Source of the DNA: an uncultured Clostridia bacterium
GTDB taxonomy: Bacteria; Bacillota_I; Bacilli_A; RF39; UBA660
Length of the DNA: 64,000 bases
Direction of reading: 5' to 3'
NCBI GenBank assembly: GCA_947165135.1
Contig: CAMUZE010000005.1
Coordinates: 4,101 to 68,100, forward strand
Positions 1 through 8,441 of the stretch are shown piece after piece (position 1 is the first letter of the stretch; each line of letters begins with the position of its first letter). The notes below the pieces were generated by a model. That model was not told the DNA's origin, ran no database searches, and worked only from the letters and a program-made list of their open reading frames with translations. Position numbers and translations under genes: made by a program.

Positions 1-1268
1 AAAATTATAGAAGTACAAATAATATTTTGGTTGCTGCGAACTCAGTTATTAGAAATAATACAGAGGGAAGAGTGTTAAAACTTTGGACTGATGTTGGAGA
101 TGGCGAAAAAATTGATTACATTAGGGTGGAAGATGAAGTAAAAGAAAGTGAATTTGTAATTAATAAAATAAAAGATGCGGTATCTCTAGGTTACAATTAC
201 AGCGATTTTGCAGTACTTTATAGAACGAATGCACAAAGTAGAATTGTTGAAGAAGCATTTGTAAGAGCAAATATCCCATATAATATAATTGGTAGTTATT
301 ATTTCTATAGTAGAAAAGAAATAAAAGATCTAATAGCATATCTAAATTTAATATATAATACTAATGATTCAGTAAGTCTAGAAAGAGTAATAAATACTCC
401 TAAAAGGAAAATAGGACCTAAATCTATAGAAAATATTAGAAACATTGCTTTAGAGAAAAATATTAGTATGTTTGATGCTATAGAAGAAGGAAAAGAATTG
501 GAGTTTAAAAATCTAATATTAGAATTAAAAAATGATTCTAACAATATGAGCTTATCTGAATTAATTGAAGATGTACTTGAAAAAACTGGATTAAGAAGAG
601 AATATGAAATAGATAAGTCAATTGAAAATGAAACAAGAATTGAAAGTTTAAATGAATTTAAGAGTGTAGCAGTTGCTTTTGAAGAAAATGGAATATATGA
701 TTTAGCAACATTCTTGGAAAACATTATGCTTGTTAGTGATAGAGGACAATATAATGAAAACAAAGATAATGTTAGTTTAATGACATTGCATTCTGCTAAA
801 GGATTAGAATTTAAAGTTGTATTTATTCTAGGAATGGAAGAAGGAATATTTCCACACTCAAGAAGTTTTGAAAGCTTAAGTGAATTAGAAGAAGAAAGAA
901 GACTTTGTTATGTAGGAATAACAAGAGCAAAAATGAAACTATATTTACTTAGTGCATATAGAAGGACTTTATATGGAAGAACCGAGTCAACAATAGAGAG
1001 TAGATTTATTAAAGAAATAGATCCTAATGTATTAAATATAATTAATTTATCTAGTTCTAAAAAAGAAGAAAAGAAGATTAATATTGACGATATGTATGTT
1101 GATAATAATGATGTTGAAATTAAAAAAGGTGATAATGTTAAACATACAATATTTGGTGAAGGTGTTGTTACAAAAGTAAATGGTGATTTAGCAACAATTG
1201 CATTTAAATATGGAATAGGGGTAAAAACAATCGCTATTAACCACAAATATTTATCTAAAATTAATTAA
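1..1268 (+). CDS. pcrA: ATP-dependent DNA helicase, PcrA/UvrD family, C-terminal part (gene starts upstream of the window)
   Basis: The frame is open from base 3 and reads NYRSTNNILVAANSVI, a conserved UvrD/PcrA motif. Later motifs are LMTLHSAKGLEF and RRLCYVGITRAK (helicase motifs V/VI), plus the C-terminal GDxVxHxxFGxG tail. The listed start at 27 is an internal codon. Confidence 0.88.
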   Translation, partial: NYRSTNNILVAANSVIRNNTEGRVLKLWTDVGDGEKIDYIRVEDEVKESEFVINKIKDAVSLGYNYSDFAVLYRTNAQSRIVEEAFVRANIPYNIIGSYYFYSRKEIKDLIAYLNLIYNTNDSVSLERVINTPKRKIGPKSIENIRNIALEKNISMFDAIEEGKELEFKNLILELKNDSNNMSLSELIEDVLEKTGLRREYEIDKSIENETRIESLNEFKSVAVAFEENGIYDLATFLENIMLVSDRGQYNENKDNVSLMTLHSAKGLEFKVVFILGMEEGIFPHSRSFESLSELEEERRLCYVGITRAKMKLYLLSAYRRTLYGRTESTIESRFIKEIDPNVLNIINLSSSKKEEKKINIDDMYVDNNDVEIKKGDNVKHTIFGEGVVTKVNGDLATIAFKYGIGVKTIAINHKYLSKIN

Positions 1269-1297
1269 AAGTTTAATAAAACTATTAAACTTTTTTT
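1267..1297 (+). terminator. Rho-independent terminator after pcrA
   Basis: 12-bp AT-rich stem aaaagtttaata / tattaaactttt with a 4-nt loop, followed by a T-run. Confidence 0.6.
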
Positions 1298-1302
1298 AAA
1301 TA

Positions 1303-1311
1303 TGTTATAAT
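1303..1311 (+). promoter_or_regulatory. Extended -10 promoter element (TGtTATAAT) for the 856-aa ORF
   Basis: TG at 1303-1304 and TATAAT at 1306-1311, about 25 nt upstream of the ATG at 1337. Confidence 0.5.
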
Positions 1312-1336
1312 TTACTATAGTAGAGGTTAGTGTGAT

Positions 1337-3907
1337 ATGTCATTAATAACAAGATTAAAAAGAAGAAAAGCTCAAAGAAAAGGAAATGCCTTTATTAAAA
1401 CATTTAAAGGTAAAAGTGAAAATGAAATAAAACAACTTTTTTTAGATTCAAGAGAATTTGCAAATAATGAAGTTGTATTAAGTCATTTATTTTTCACATA
1501 TCCATCAATGATTAGTGTTCTACCTATTGATTATCAAAAGAAGATGATTAATAGTAATTTTACAATGTTTAAGTATGGTTCTGATGAAGCAAAAAGATCA
1601 TTGGTAAGTGATTGGTTAAAAACAAATAAATTTATTATTAATAGTAGATCCTTGAATTTACCTCAAGAAGAGTATGATGAATACATTTGTATGTATTTTA
1701 ATCAGCCAGAAGATGTATCAAAACTATATATGGAGGATTTAACTCAAGTTTTAAGTATTCTTATAAAATATGATGTAAAAGCAACAGAAGACATTGTTGA
1801 ATCTATGAAAGATAAATTAACAGATAGACAATGGGATTTTATATTAAAAGCAGATAAATCATTTATAAAATACGCTAATCAAAATGTTCAAAAAAAATAT
1901 AGCGAAGATGAAGAATTTAGTAAATATATTAGCGGTGATGCTAGGGATAATTATATTAAAAAGCAATTAGAGAAATTAAAGGAGAATCCTTCTTTATTAT
2001 CATCATTAACATTAGATGTTCAAAAAGAATATATCAATAATAATCCATATATGATAAATACTATAGATGAAGATATATTGATAGAATTATTAAAATATAA
2101 TATATCTTTAATTAGATTTGTAAATATACCTGCACTTAAAAATAAAGAAATAATATATGATGTATTGGAAAATTCAAAGTCTAAAGGAATAAATGGAATA
2201 ATAGATATATTCATAGATAAAGGAATGCTTAATGCTAAGGGTAAATTATATAGATTTGATAAAAAAAGTAATAATTTAAGTTATCAATATAGTAAAAGAT
2301 TAATAAAAATAATTCAAAGTTTATCAAGTGAACAAATAATTTCACTAATAAATATTGATGTCAATTATGCTCTCCCATATATTGTTCCTCTATATACTGA
2401 TAATTTGTCTAAAGATGAAATAGAAAAAATTGTATTAGAAGCAAATTCTAGATGTTTAAATCTATTTAGTGCATATTATAATGAAGAAATATATTCTAAA
2501 TATTATAAATCAATTAATAAGATTTATAGTGAATATCTATCTAATATAGAACTATATGATTATACTAGTGATTATAATTCGCCATTTGATTTATTCAAAT
2601 TATTATTTAATAGAACTATTCTACAAACTAATAGTTCTGAAAAGATAAATTTTTATATAGGTTTACAGCTTTTATATAAAGGAAAAGAAACAGATGATAG
2701 TATGAAAATGTCATCTGAACAATTTGTAAGTCTGATAAAGAATGCTTATGGAGTAGATATAGAAGTTGGAACGGATGTATATGATTATGGATCACTTGAA
2801 CTATTTGATAAAAAACTATCATTTATTCCAAATGAGTTATTAGATGAGTTTAAAAAATATAATTTTGTTAATGTATCAACACTACTTTATATAGTAAAAA
2901 ATGATAAGAATAAAGAATTATTTGCTTATTATTTTGAAATATTAAAAACAATTTTTAGACAAAGTAAAGAAACGTTGTTTAAAGCCATAGAAAACTTTAC
3001 GTACTATAAAGAACTTTTAGAGGATATAAAAGATAAAGATTTAACTGAAAGAGAAATTGATAATTTAATTGATATTTTGTCTACCGCTGGTAACCATTTA
3101 AATGTTAAGAAAAAAGAAGAATTATCATCGAGTGATTTGTTGTTATTAAAGCAGTTGGTTAATGATTTAACTGAAACAAAAGATGAAGAAATATATAAAA
3201 ATTTATTTTGTTCGTATTTTTATAACAAGCCATATAATACAATGGGCAATATAGGTTGGTTAGAAGTAACAACTTTAACACAACTTTGTGATATATTTGA
3301 ATCATCAGTTTTGTCAAGTATTAAAGAGGATGGGAAAAATGTATTTGATGAACAGGAGATTAACTTTTTCACAATGTTAAAACTTATGATAACTGCTAAT
3401 GACACAGAACTATTACTTTCATTTATAGAAAATGTAGTAAATGGAAAGATTAAGAGAAATATTGTACCAATCATTTCGTTATTTGAAAAAATTAAAAAAT
3501 ATAGAGTAGATATCATAAATAGTCAAGTAGTAACCTTAGATGACATTGAAGCATTATATGTAAGCAATCCTTCGGCGGTTAATAAAAAAGAGGTTAATGG
3601 TGTAATAATATATTCATTCAATGACCAAGATTTTAAAATATTGTCATCTTATTCTAATGATGGAATACATTTTGTTTGTAAATATATTTCAGAGCTCACA
3701 AGAAATTGTTATGGATATAGTAAACTTTTAAAAGATGGGTCAGTAAGATTTTCAACTTATGAAAATGAAACAATAATAAAATTCAATAAAGATAGACTAT
3801 CGACAAAATTAAATCCTGATTTTGTGGTTGTACTTGGCAATGTCGGTGATGATTTAATAAATGTTGCTAAAAAACACAATTTGAGAATAATAAATATTAA
3901 TAATTAG
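1337..3907 (+). CDS. Large hypothetical cytoplasmic protein (856 aa), no recognisable domain
   Basis: Long uninterrupted ORF with its own extended -10 element. No TM segment or signal peptide, Lys/Glu/Asn-rich, and no motif I can assign. Confidence 0.75.
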   Translation: MSLITRLKRRKAQRKGNAFIKTFKGKSENEIKQLFLDSREFANNEVVLSHLFFTYPSMISVLPIDYQKKMINSNFTMFKYGSDEAKRSLVSDWLKTNKFIINSRSLNLPQEEYDEYICMYFNQPEDVSKLYMEDLTQVLSILIKYDVKATEDIVESMKDKLTDRQWDFILKADKSFIKYANQNVQKKYSEDEEFSKYISGDARDNYIKKQLEKLKENPSLLSSLTLDVQKEYINNNPYMINTIDEDILIELLKYNISLIRFVNIPALKNKEIIYDVLENSKSKGINGIIDIFIDKGMLNAKGKLYRFDKKSNNLSYQYSKRLIKIIQSLSSEQIISLINIDVNYALPYIVPLYTDNLSKDEIEKIVLEANSRCLNLFSAYYNEEIYSKYYKSINKIYSEYLSNIELYDYTSDYNSPFDLFKLLFNRTILQTNSSEKINFYIGLQLLYKGKETDDSMKMSSEQFVSLIKNAYGVDIEVGTDVYDYGSLELFDKKLSFIPNELLDEFKKYNFVNVSTLLYIVKNDKNKELFAYYFEILKTIFRQSKETLFKAIENFTYYKELLEDIKDKDLTEREIDNLIDILSTAGNHLNVKKKEELSSSDLLLLKQLVNDLTETKDEEIYKNLFCSYFYNKPYNTMGNIGWLEVTTLTQLCDIFESSVLSSIKEDGKNVFDEQEINFFTMLKLMITANDTELLLSFIENVVNGKIKRNIVPIISLFEKIKKYRVDIINSQVVTLDDIEALYVSNPSAVNKKEVNGVIIYSFNDQDFKILSSYSNDGIHFVCKYISELTRNCYGYSKLLKDGSVRFSTYENETIIKFNKDRLSTKLNPDFVVVLGNVGDDLINVAKKHNLRIININN

Positions 3908-3918
3908 TAGGAGGAAAT

Positions 3919-4077
3919 ATGTTAGATAAAATAAAAGAAAGAATAGAGAAAAAAAAGAGAGATAAACAACCATTGGTTGAATATGTGAAAATATTTAGCA
4001 AATTACCTAAAGCTAATGAAATATTTAAAAGCAATGATAGTTTTCAAAAATTAAAAGTAAAAGATGTCTTTGAATAG
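3919..4077 (+). CDS. Small hypothetical protein (52 aa), not in the supplied ORF track
   Basis: ATG at 3919 lies 5 nt after a strong AGGAGG (3909-3914). It reads MLDKIKERIEKKKRDKQPLVEYVKIFSKLPKANEIFKSNDSFQKLKVKDVFE, stops at TAG 4075-4077, and is followed by a hairpin. Confidence 0.5.
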   Translation: MLDKIKERIEKKKRDKQPLVEYVKIFSKLPKANEIFKSNDSFQKLKVKDVFE

Positions 4078-4090
4078 GCATCTTTTTATT
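4059..4090. terminator. Possible bidirectional terminator between convergent genes
   Basis: Stem aaaagatg / catctttt with a 12-nt loop, lying between the stop at 4077 (+) and the stop at 4086 (-). The large loop makes it weak. Confidence 0.35.
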
Positions 4091-4661
4091 CTACTATTTC
4101 ATTATTAACGAATTTTATATCCAAAAATTTTCTGCTAGATAAATAATCACAGAAATGTACGAATCTTTGATATTTGCTTTTCGGTGATTCTAAAATTTCA
4201 TTACCTTGATAATCTTTTGTCCATGGCCCCATATGTGTTTTAACACAGTCACATATAAATTCTATATCATCTTTTTTTAATGATAATTTATCTTTGTTAT
4301 CTTTTATAAAATTACTAATTAATATTGGATGGTCAAAACAAGTATATTCATTTTTATTAAGCCCACATTTAAGTCCATCATGGACTATAAGAGAAAATAT
4401 TAATAAATCTTTTTCTCTTTCAGTAAAATTATTTAATGATTCATTATTAAATAATTCTATTGCAATTCGTACTGCTGCTTTAGTATGTCTTACTAATCCG
4501 GACTTACCTAAAGAGAATTCGGGGTGATATTTTCCAGTGGTACTGGCAGGTATTTCATAAAAATACTTAGGTAATAAATCTAATATTGTGATTAAGCTAT
4601 TCTTAATATCTTCATTTTTGATATAATTTATTTCTTTATTAAAATAATTGTGCATAGACAC
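4086..4661 (-). CDS. HD-domain phosphohydrolase family protein
   Basis: KYHPEF...VRHTKAAV followed by the LIVHDGLK (HD dyad) and a later THMGPW. Size is typical of stand-alone HD proteins. Confidence 0.65.
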   Translation of the reverse strand: MSMHNYFNKEINYIKNEDIKNSLITILDLLPKYFYEIPASTTGKYHPEFSLGKSGLVRHTKAAVRIAIELFNNESLNNFTEREKDLLIFSLIVHDGLKCGLNKNEYTCFDHPILISNFIKDNKDKLSLKKDDIEFICDCVKTHMGPWTKDYQGNEILESPKSKYQRFVHFCDYLSSRKFLDIKFVNNEIVE

Positions 4662-4780
4662 CTCTAAAAAGATTATATAATATTTAAGTGTGTTTTTCTA
4701 TAATTAAAGAGTTTCTTTCATAAAAATATAGATAAATGAATATTTATATGGTAGAATATTATTAGAAAAATGGAGGAAAT

Positions 4781-5275
4781 ATGAGAACCATACCAACTAA
4801 AAATTATTTTCTAGTATTAGGTGTTTCTGTTCTAATAATAATTCTTACTTTATATTTAAGAGCATTTTATTTAAGTTATAAGGCATATAATGGTGATGTT
4901 AGTTATTTCACATTTAAAAAAGTAAGCCAAATAACTAAAGATGATTTTGATTTTATATTAACAGAATCTACAAATAATATATTGTATGTAGGATATAATT
5001 CTAGTAAACTTTATTCTATTGAAAAGAAACTATATAGAGAATTTGAAAAGAATGATTTATTAGATAGAGTTATTTATTGGAATGTTGATGATTATTTAGA
5101 AAATAATGATTATATACAAATTTTAAAGAACAAATTTCCAGATGTGGATATATATAGTGCGCCAGCAATTATAGTTATTGTTAATGGTGAAGCAAAAGAA
5201 TCTATAAAGATTGATGAAGATTCAATTAAAGATAAAAAAATAAAGAAAATAGTAGAAAGAAACCAATTAAATTAG
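4781..5275 (+). CDS. Membrane-anchored hypothetical protein (possible thioredoxin-like fold without CxxC)
   Basis: GGAGG RBS and one N-terminal TM (LVLGVSVLIIILTLYL). The soluble part shows a beta-alpha pattern but no redox motif. Confidence 0.6.
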   Translation: MRTIPTKNYFLVLGVSVLIIILTLYLRAFYLSYKAYNGDVSYFTFKKVSQITKDDFDFILTESTNNILYVGYNSSKLYSIEKKLYREFEKNDLLDRVIYWNVDDYLENNDYIQILKNKFPDVDIYSAPAIIVIVNGEAKESIKIDEDSIKDKKIKKIVERNQLN

Positions 5276-5367
5276 TTTCTTTTTCTTTACGCCAACATTT
5301 AACTATTTTATTGAGTTTTACATTTGTTTTATGTTAATATATAATTGTATAATAATAGGAGTGAGTT

Positions 5368-7044
5368 ATGAAGAAAAATATTATTTTAACAATATATGGC
5401 TCAACCCTTATTTATGATTTTAGAGAGTTAAATGGGGAAGAGAAAAAATTAGTTAATAAAAATGTTATTTCTAATAACACTCTTTTTTATACAATAAATT
5501 ATTTTAAAAAGAACTTGGATAATATAATATCAATTTTAGTTAACAATAATAATTACTATGATAGTGTAATTGTTAAGAAATTAGTGACATTTAAATATGT
5601 TGCCTATATAATGATGAGATTAAGAATACAATACTTAAAATTAGATTTTGCTTCAACTTTAGCACTAGATGATTATGAATTGTTTAGAGAAGTAGAAACA
5701 TTAAAACAAATAGATTGCTATTATATGCCAAATTTTATAGAGAAAAAGTTCGAAGAAAAAAATGTAATAGTTAATTTGTATAATTACAATAAAGTATCAG
5801 ACAGATTTATGTTACAACAAGATTCTTTAGATTATGAAACATTATATTATAGAAAAGTACTAGATATAAAAGAGGATTATCCTGGATTATTAGAAGATAT
5901 TAAAGAGTTTTTAAGAATTAATTATAATTTAAAAACTATAAATATTTATGTTTTTTCAAAGGAATTAATCTCTAATATAATAGATTTAGTTAAAAATGAT
6001 GAAGCTAGAGATGTAATAGTTTTCTTACATCAAAAAGATGATAGAGGAGGTTTTATAACTAGTAATTTTGACTGGTTAAAGAAACTTAATAAAACATGTA
6101 GAAATGAATATAAATGTGAATTTCGAATTGTTTATTCAAATTCATTCATTAAAAACAATTTATTTAAACAATTAACATTTAATAATTTAAAACTAATTAC
6201 AAGTTTATGTATATATATTAGTGTCGTTTCACTAATTATTATTAAATCATATGAATATATTGATAAAATTAATATTGATAAATTAAATGTCGATATCATA
6301 AATAGTACGTACGCTGCAAATAATAATAAAGAATTAGAACAATTAGAAGAAAGTAATTCTAATATTGAAAATGATATAATAGCTGATATTGAAGAGGAAA
6401 TTGCAGCAAACAAGGAAAAAAAGGTTACTAAAACTAGAGAAGAAATAATTGAAGATATGAAAAAGAAATATAAATTTGAAAAAGTCTTCGAAAATCTTAA
6501 AAAGATTAATAATGAAACAGTTGGGTATTTAGTTATTAATAATACAGAGATATCTTATCCAGTAGTTCAGCATTCAGATAATAATTATTATTTAAAACAT
6601 GATTTTTATAAAAAAAGCAAAAATGTTGGATGGATATTCATGGATTACAGAAATGATCCAAAAGATTTTGATGATAATACAATCATTTATGGACACTATT
6701 CTAGTGGATATGGAATTATGTTTGGAACACTTAAGAATATATTGACAACTAGTTGGAGAAGTAATAAAAACAATATGATTTTTACATTTGATACTCCAGA
6801 AGGAACAAAGAGATTTAAAATATTTGCAGGCTATAAAGTTGATTATACAACAGATTATTTAGTTACAAGTTTTGGAAATGAAAAAGATTTTAATAAATTT
6901 GTTGAAATGATAAGAGGAAGAAGTAATTTTACCACTGATGATGAGATAAATTATGGAGATAAAATTTTAACATTGTCAACATGTGCTGGTGGAGGAAACA
7001 GGAGACTAGTAATTCATGCAGTTTTATTAAAGGAGGAAGAATGA
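5368..7044 (+). CDS. Class B sortase catalytic domain fused to a ~275-aa N-terminal domain and a TM/coiled-coil linker
   Basis: The C-terminal ~185 aa carry sortase B hallmarks: NETVGYLVINNTEISYPVVQHSDNNYYLKHDF, IIYGH (His), LTLSTC (Cys) and NRRLVIHA (Arg). A TM segment lies near LITSLCIYISVVSLIIII, followed by an acidic coiled-coil linker. The N-terminal domain has no recognisable motif. Confidence 0.8.
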   Translation: MKKNIILTIYGSTLIYDFRELNGEEKKLVNKNVISNNTLFYTINYFKKNLDNIISILVNNNNYYDSVIVKKLVTFKYVAYIMMRLRIQYLKLDFASTLALDDYELFREVETLKQIDCYYMPNFIEKKFEEKNVIVNLYNYNKVSDRFMLQQDSLDYETLYYRKVLDIKEDYPGLLEDIKEFLRINYNLKTINIYVFSKELISNIIDLVKNDEARDVIVFLHQKDDRGGFITSNFDWLKKLNKTCRNEYKCEFRIVYSNSFIKNNLFKQLTFNNLKLITSLCIYISVVSLIIIKSYEYIDKINIDKLNVDIINSTYAANNNKELEQLEESNSNIENDIIADIEEEIAANKEKKVTKTREEIIEDMKKKYKFEKVFENLKKINNETVGYLVINNTEISYPVVQHSDNNYYLKHDFYKKSKNVGWIFMDYRNDPKDFDDNTIIYGHYSSGYGIMFGTLKNILTTSWRSNKNNMIFTFDTPEGTKRFKIFAGYKVDYTTDYLVTSFGNEKDFNKFVEMIRGRSNFTTDDEINYGDKILTLSTCAGGGNRRLVIHAVLLKEEE

Positions 7045-7679
7045 AGAGGGTATTAGCGATTTTGGCATTGCTTTTTCCAATGTTTATTAAAGCAGCCACG
7101 TGTGATTATAGCAAATTAAATGAGTATAACAAATTATCATCGAATGTTGATTATGAAGTGACAAGAGATAATAACTCAAATAGATATAAAATAACAATTA
7201 TGAATTTATATAATAATATGTATGTAAAATATAAAGGAGTTGCTTATACTTCTAATTCCAATAACGAAGCAGTTATAAATGGTATTGATGAAGGGGAAAA
7301 TTTAAGTATAATGTTATATGCTCCTTTATCCGATTGTGATCCATACTTAAAAACAATTAATGTTTCAACTCAGTACTATAATAGAATGTATAACGATAGT
7401 AGATGTATTAAATACAGAACTATATTGAATATATGTAAGTATGAATATTTATCATATAAAGCTACAGATTCTTTACTATCTTCTGCAATTAAGAATTATG
7501 AAAACTCATATAAAGAACCAGAAGAGGTAATAGAAGAAATAAAAGAAAAAACATTTTTAGAGAGTCTTGAAGACTTTATGATAAGCTGGGGCGTACAAAT
7601 CATATTGGTATTATTATCAAGTATAGTAACAATATCTATTTTCAAAGTTAAATATAGAAAAGTAAAACATGGAATTTAA
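7041..7679 (+). CDS. Secreted/tail-anchored 4-Cys protein, paralog 0 of the cassette family (212 aa)
   Basis: ATG at 7041 overlaps the sortase stop (ATGA) and follows AGGAGG. Signal peptide MKRVLAILALLFPMFIKA, four Cys (ATC, SDC, SRC..NIC), and a C-terminal TM plus basic tail (KVKYRKVKHGI). The track start at 6981 is an out-of-context extension. Confidence 0.7.
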   Translation: MKRVLAILALLFPMFIKAATCDYSKLNEYNKLSSNVDYEVTRDNNSNRYKITIMNLYNNMYVKYKGVAYTSNSNNEAVINGIDEGENLSIMLYAPLSDCDPYLKTINVSTQYYNRMYNDSRCIKYRTILNICKYEYLSYKATDSLLSSAIKNYENSYKEPEEVIEEIKEKTFLESLEDFMISWGVQIILVLLSSIVTISIFKVKYRKVKHGI

Positions 7680-7721
7680 TATTATTAATTCCGTGTTTTA
7701 ATATACTTTTTTTTATTATTT

Positions 7722-7730
7722 TGTTATAAT
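7722..7730 (+). promoter_or_regulatory. Extended -10 promoter (TGtTATAAT) of cassette 1
   Basis: TG at 7722-7723 and TATAAT at 7725-7730. The leader caatatgaaagtagg resembles the cassette 2 leader. Confidence 0.55.
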
Positions 7731-7751
7731 CAATATGAAAGTAGGATTATT

Positions 7752-8441
7752 ATGAAAAAAATAATAGCAATAATTTTTATGTTAATTATTAGTTTATCTT
7801 TCACAAAAGTAAAAGCATTATGTAATGATCTTGAAATAAATGATTTGGCAGAAAGATTCAATGCTATGTATATTGAACTTGACAATGGTGATATTGTTTT
7901 TAATGATTCGTCTCGCGTTGCTTATAGCAATGATTATTCATATGTCGTTTTTCTTTATCCATATTCAGAAAAATTAAAAGTTATTGTAACAGATTCTATT
8001 ACAAATAATAAGAGAGAAGTAAAAAAAGATAAAATCTTAGAAGCATTCTCTATACCATCATATATACACTATGAAAATAAAAAATATGATATAGAATTAT
8101 ATGGGGTAGATAATTCAGTGTGTAAAGGTGAGCTTTTAAAAACATTCAGTTTTGAAGTTCCAAAATTCAATGAGTATAGTATGTATGATCATTGTAAAAA
8201 TAACAAAGATGAAGATATTTGTAAAATGATGAATAATACAAGTGATATTAAACTAGAAGATTATGAAAAAATAGTAGAGAAAAGTAATGAAGATAATAAA
8301 ATAAAAAATATGTCTTTATTAGAACGATTAATATACTTTTCAAAAAAATATTGTCTATATGCTATAATTCCAATATTATTAATTTCAATATATTATACTA
8401 TCAAGATAAGTAAGTACAAAAAGAAGGTGGAAAACCAATAA
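7752..8441 (+). CDS. Secreted/tail-anchored 4-Cys protein, cassette 1 (229 aa)
   Basis: Signal peptide, conserved LNDLAE+FNA, PYS..LKV.V.DS, FNEYSMY..C.NNKDEDIC.MM, and a C-terminal TM plus KYKKKV tail. Roughly half the residues match 12838..13527 by eye. Confidence 0.8.
   Translation: MKKIIAIIFMLIISLSFTKVKALCNDLEINDLAERFNAMYIELDNGDIVFNDSSRVAYSNDYSYVVFLYPYSEKLKVIVTDSITNNKREVKKDKILEAFSIPSYIHYENKKYDIELYGVDNSVCKGELLKTFSFEVPKFNEYSMYDHCKNNKDEDICKMMNNTSDIKLEDYEKIVEKSNEDNKIKNMSLLERLIYFSKKYCLYAIIPILLISIYYTIKISKYKKKVENQ

Noticed and set aside
305-1246. Minus-strand ORFs 305..763 and 908..1246 listed in the track
   Set aside because: They lie entirely antisense to the well-supported pcrA frame. Their low-complexity Ser/Leu/Ile-rich translations are typical of shadow ORFs in AT-rich DNA.
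2020-3516. Short minus-strand ORFs (2020..2214, 2628..2822, 3220..3516)
   Set aside because: They are antisense shadows inside the 856-aa ORF, with no RBS or motif.
6981-7040. Upstream extension of the 212-aa protein (track start 6981)
   Set aside because: It would overlap the sortase catalytic domain in another frame. The ATG at 7041 has an AGGAGG RBS and gives a clean signal peptide.
7707-7714. T8 tract in the cassette 1 promoter region as a phase-variation switch
   Set aside because: Homopolymers of this length are common in such AT-rich intergenic DNA. The tract is not conserved in the cassette 2 promoter, and no -35 box is clearly affected.
7800-7830. Lipoprotein lipobox at the Cys following the signal peptides of the 4-Cys family
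   Set aside because: The residues before the Cys (KAL-C, FAV-C, AAT-C) do not fit [LVI][ASTVI][GAS]-C. Signal peptidase I cleavage after AxA-like sites is more likely.
8330-8441. Sortase B-type sorting pentapeptide upstream of the C-terminal TM of the 229-aa proteins (for example NKIKN)
   Set aside because: It is not conserved between the three paralogs and is separated from the TM by a charged stretch. There is not enough evidence to call a sorting signal.
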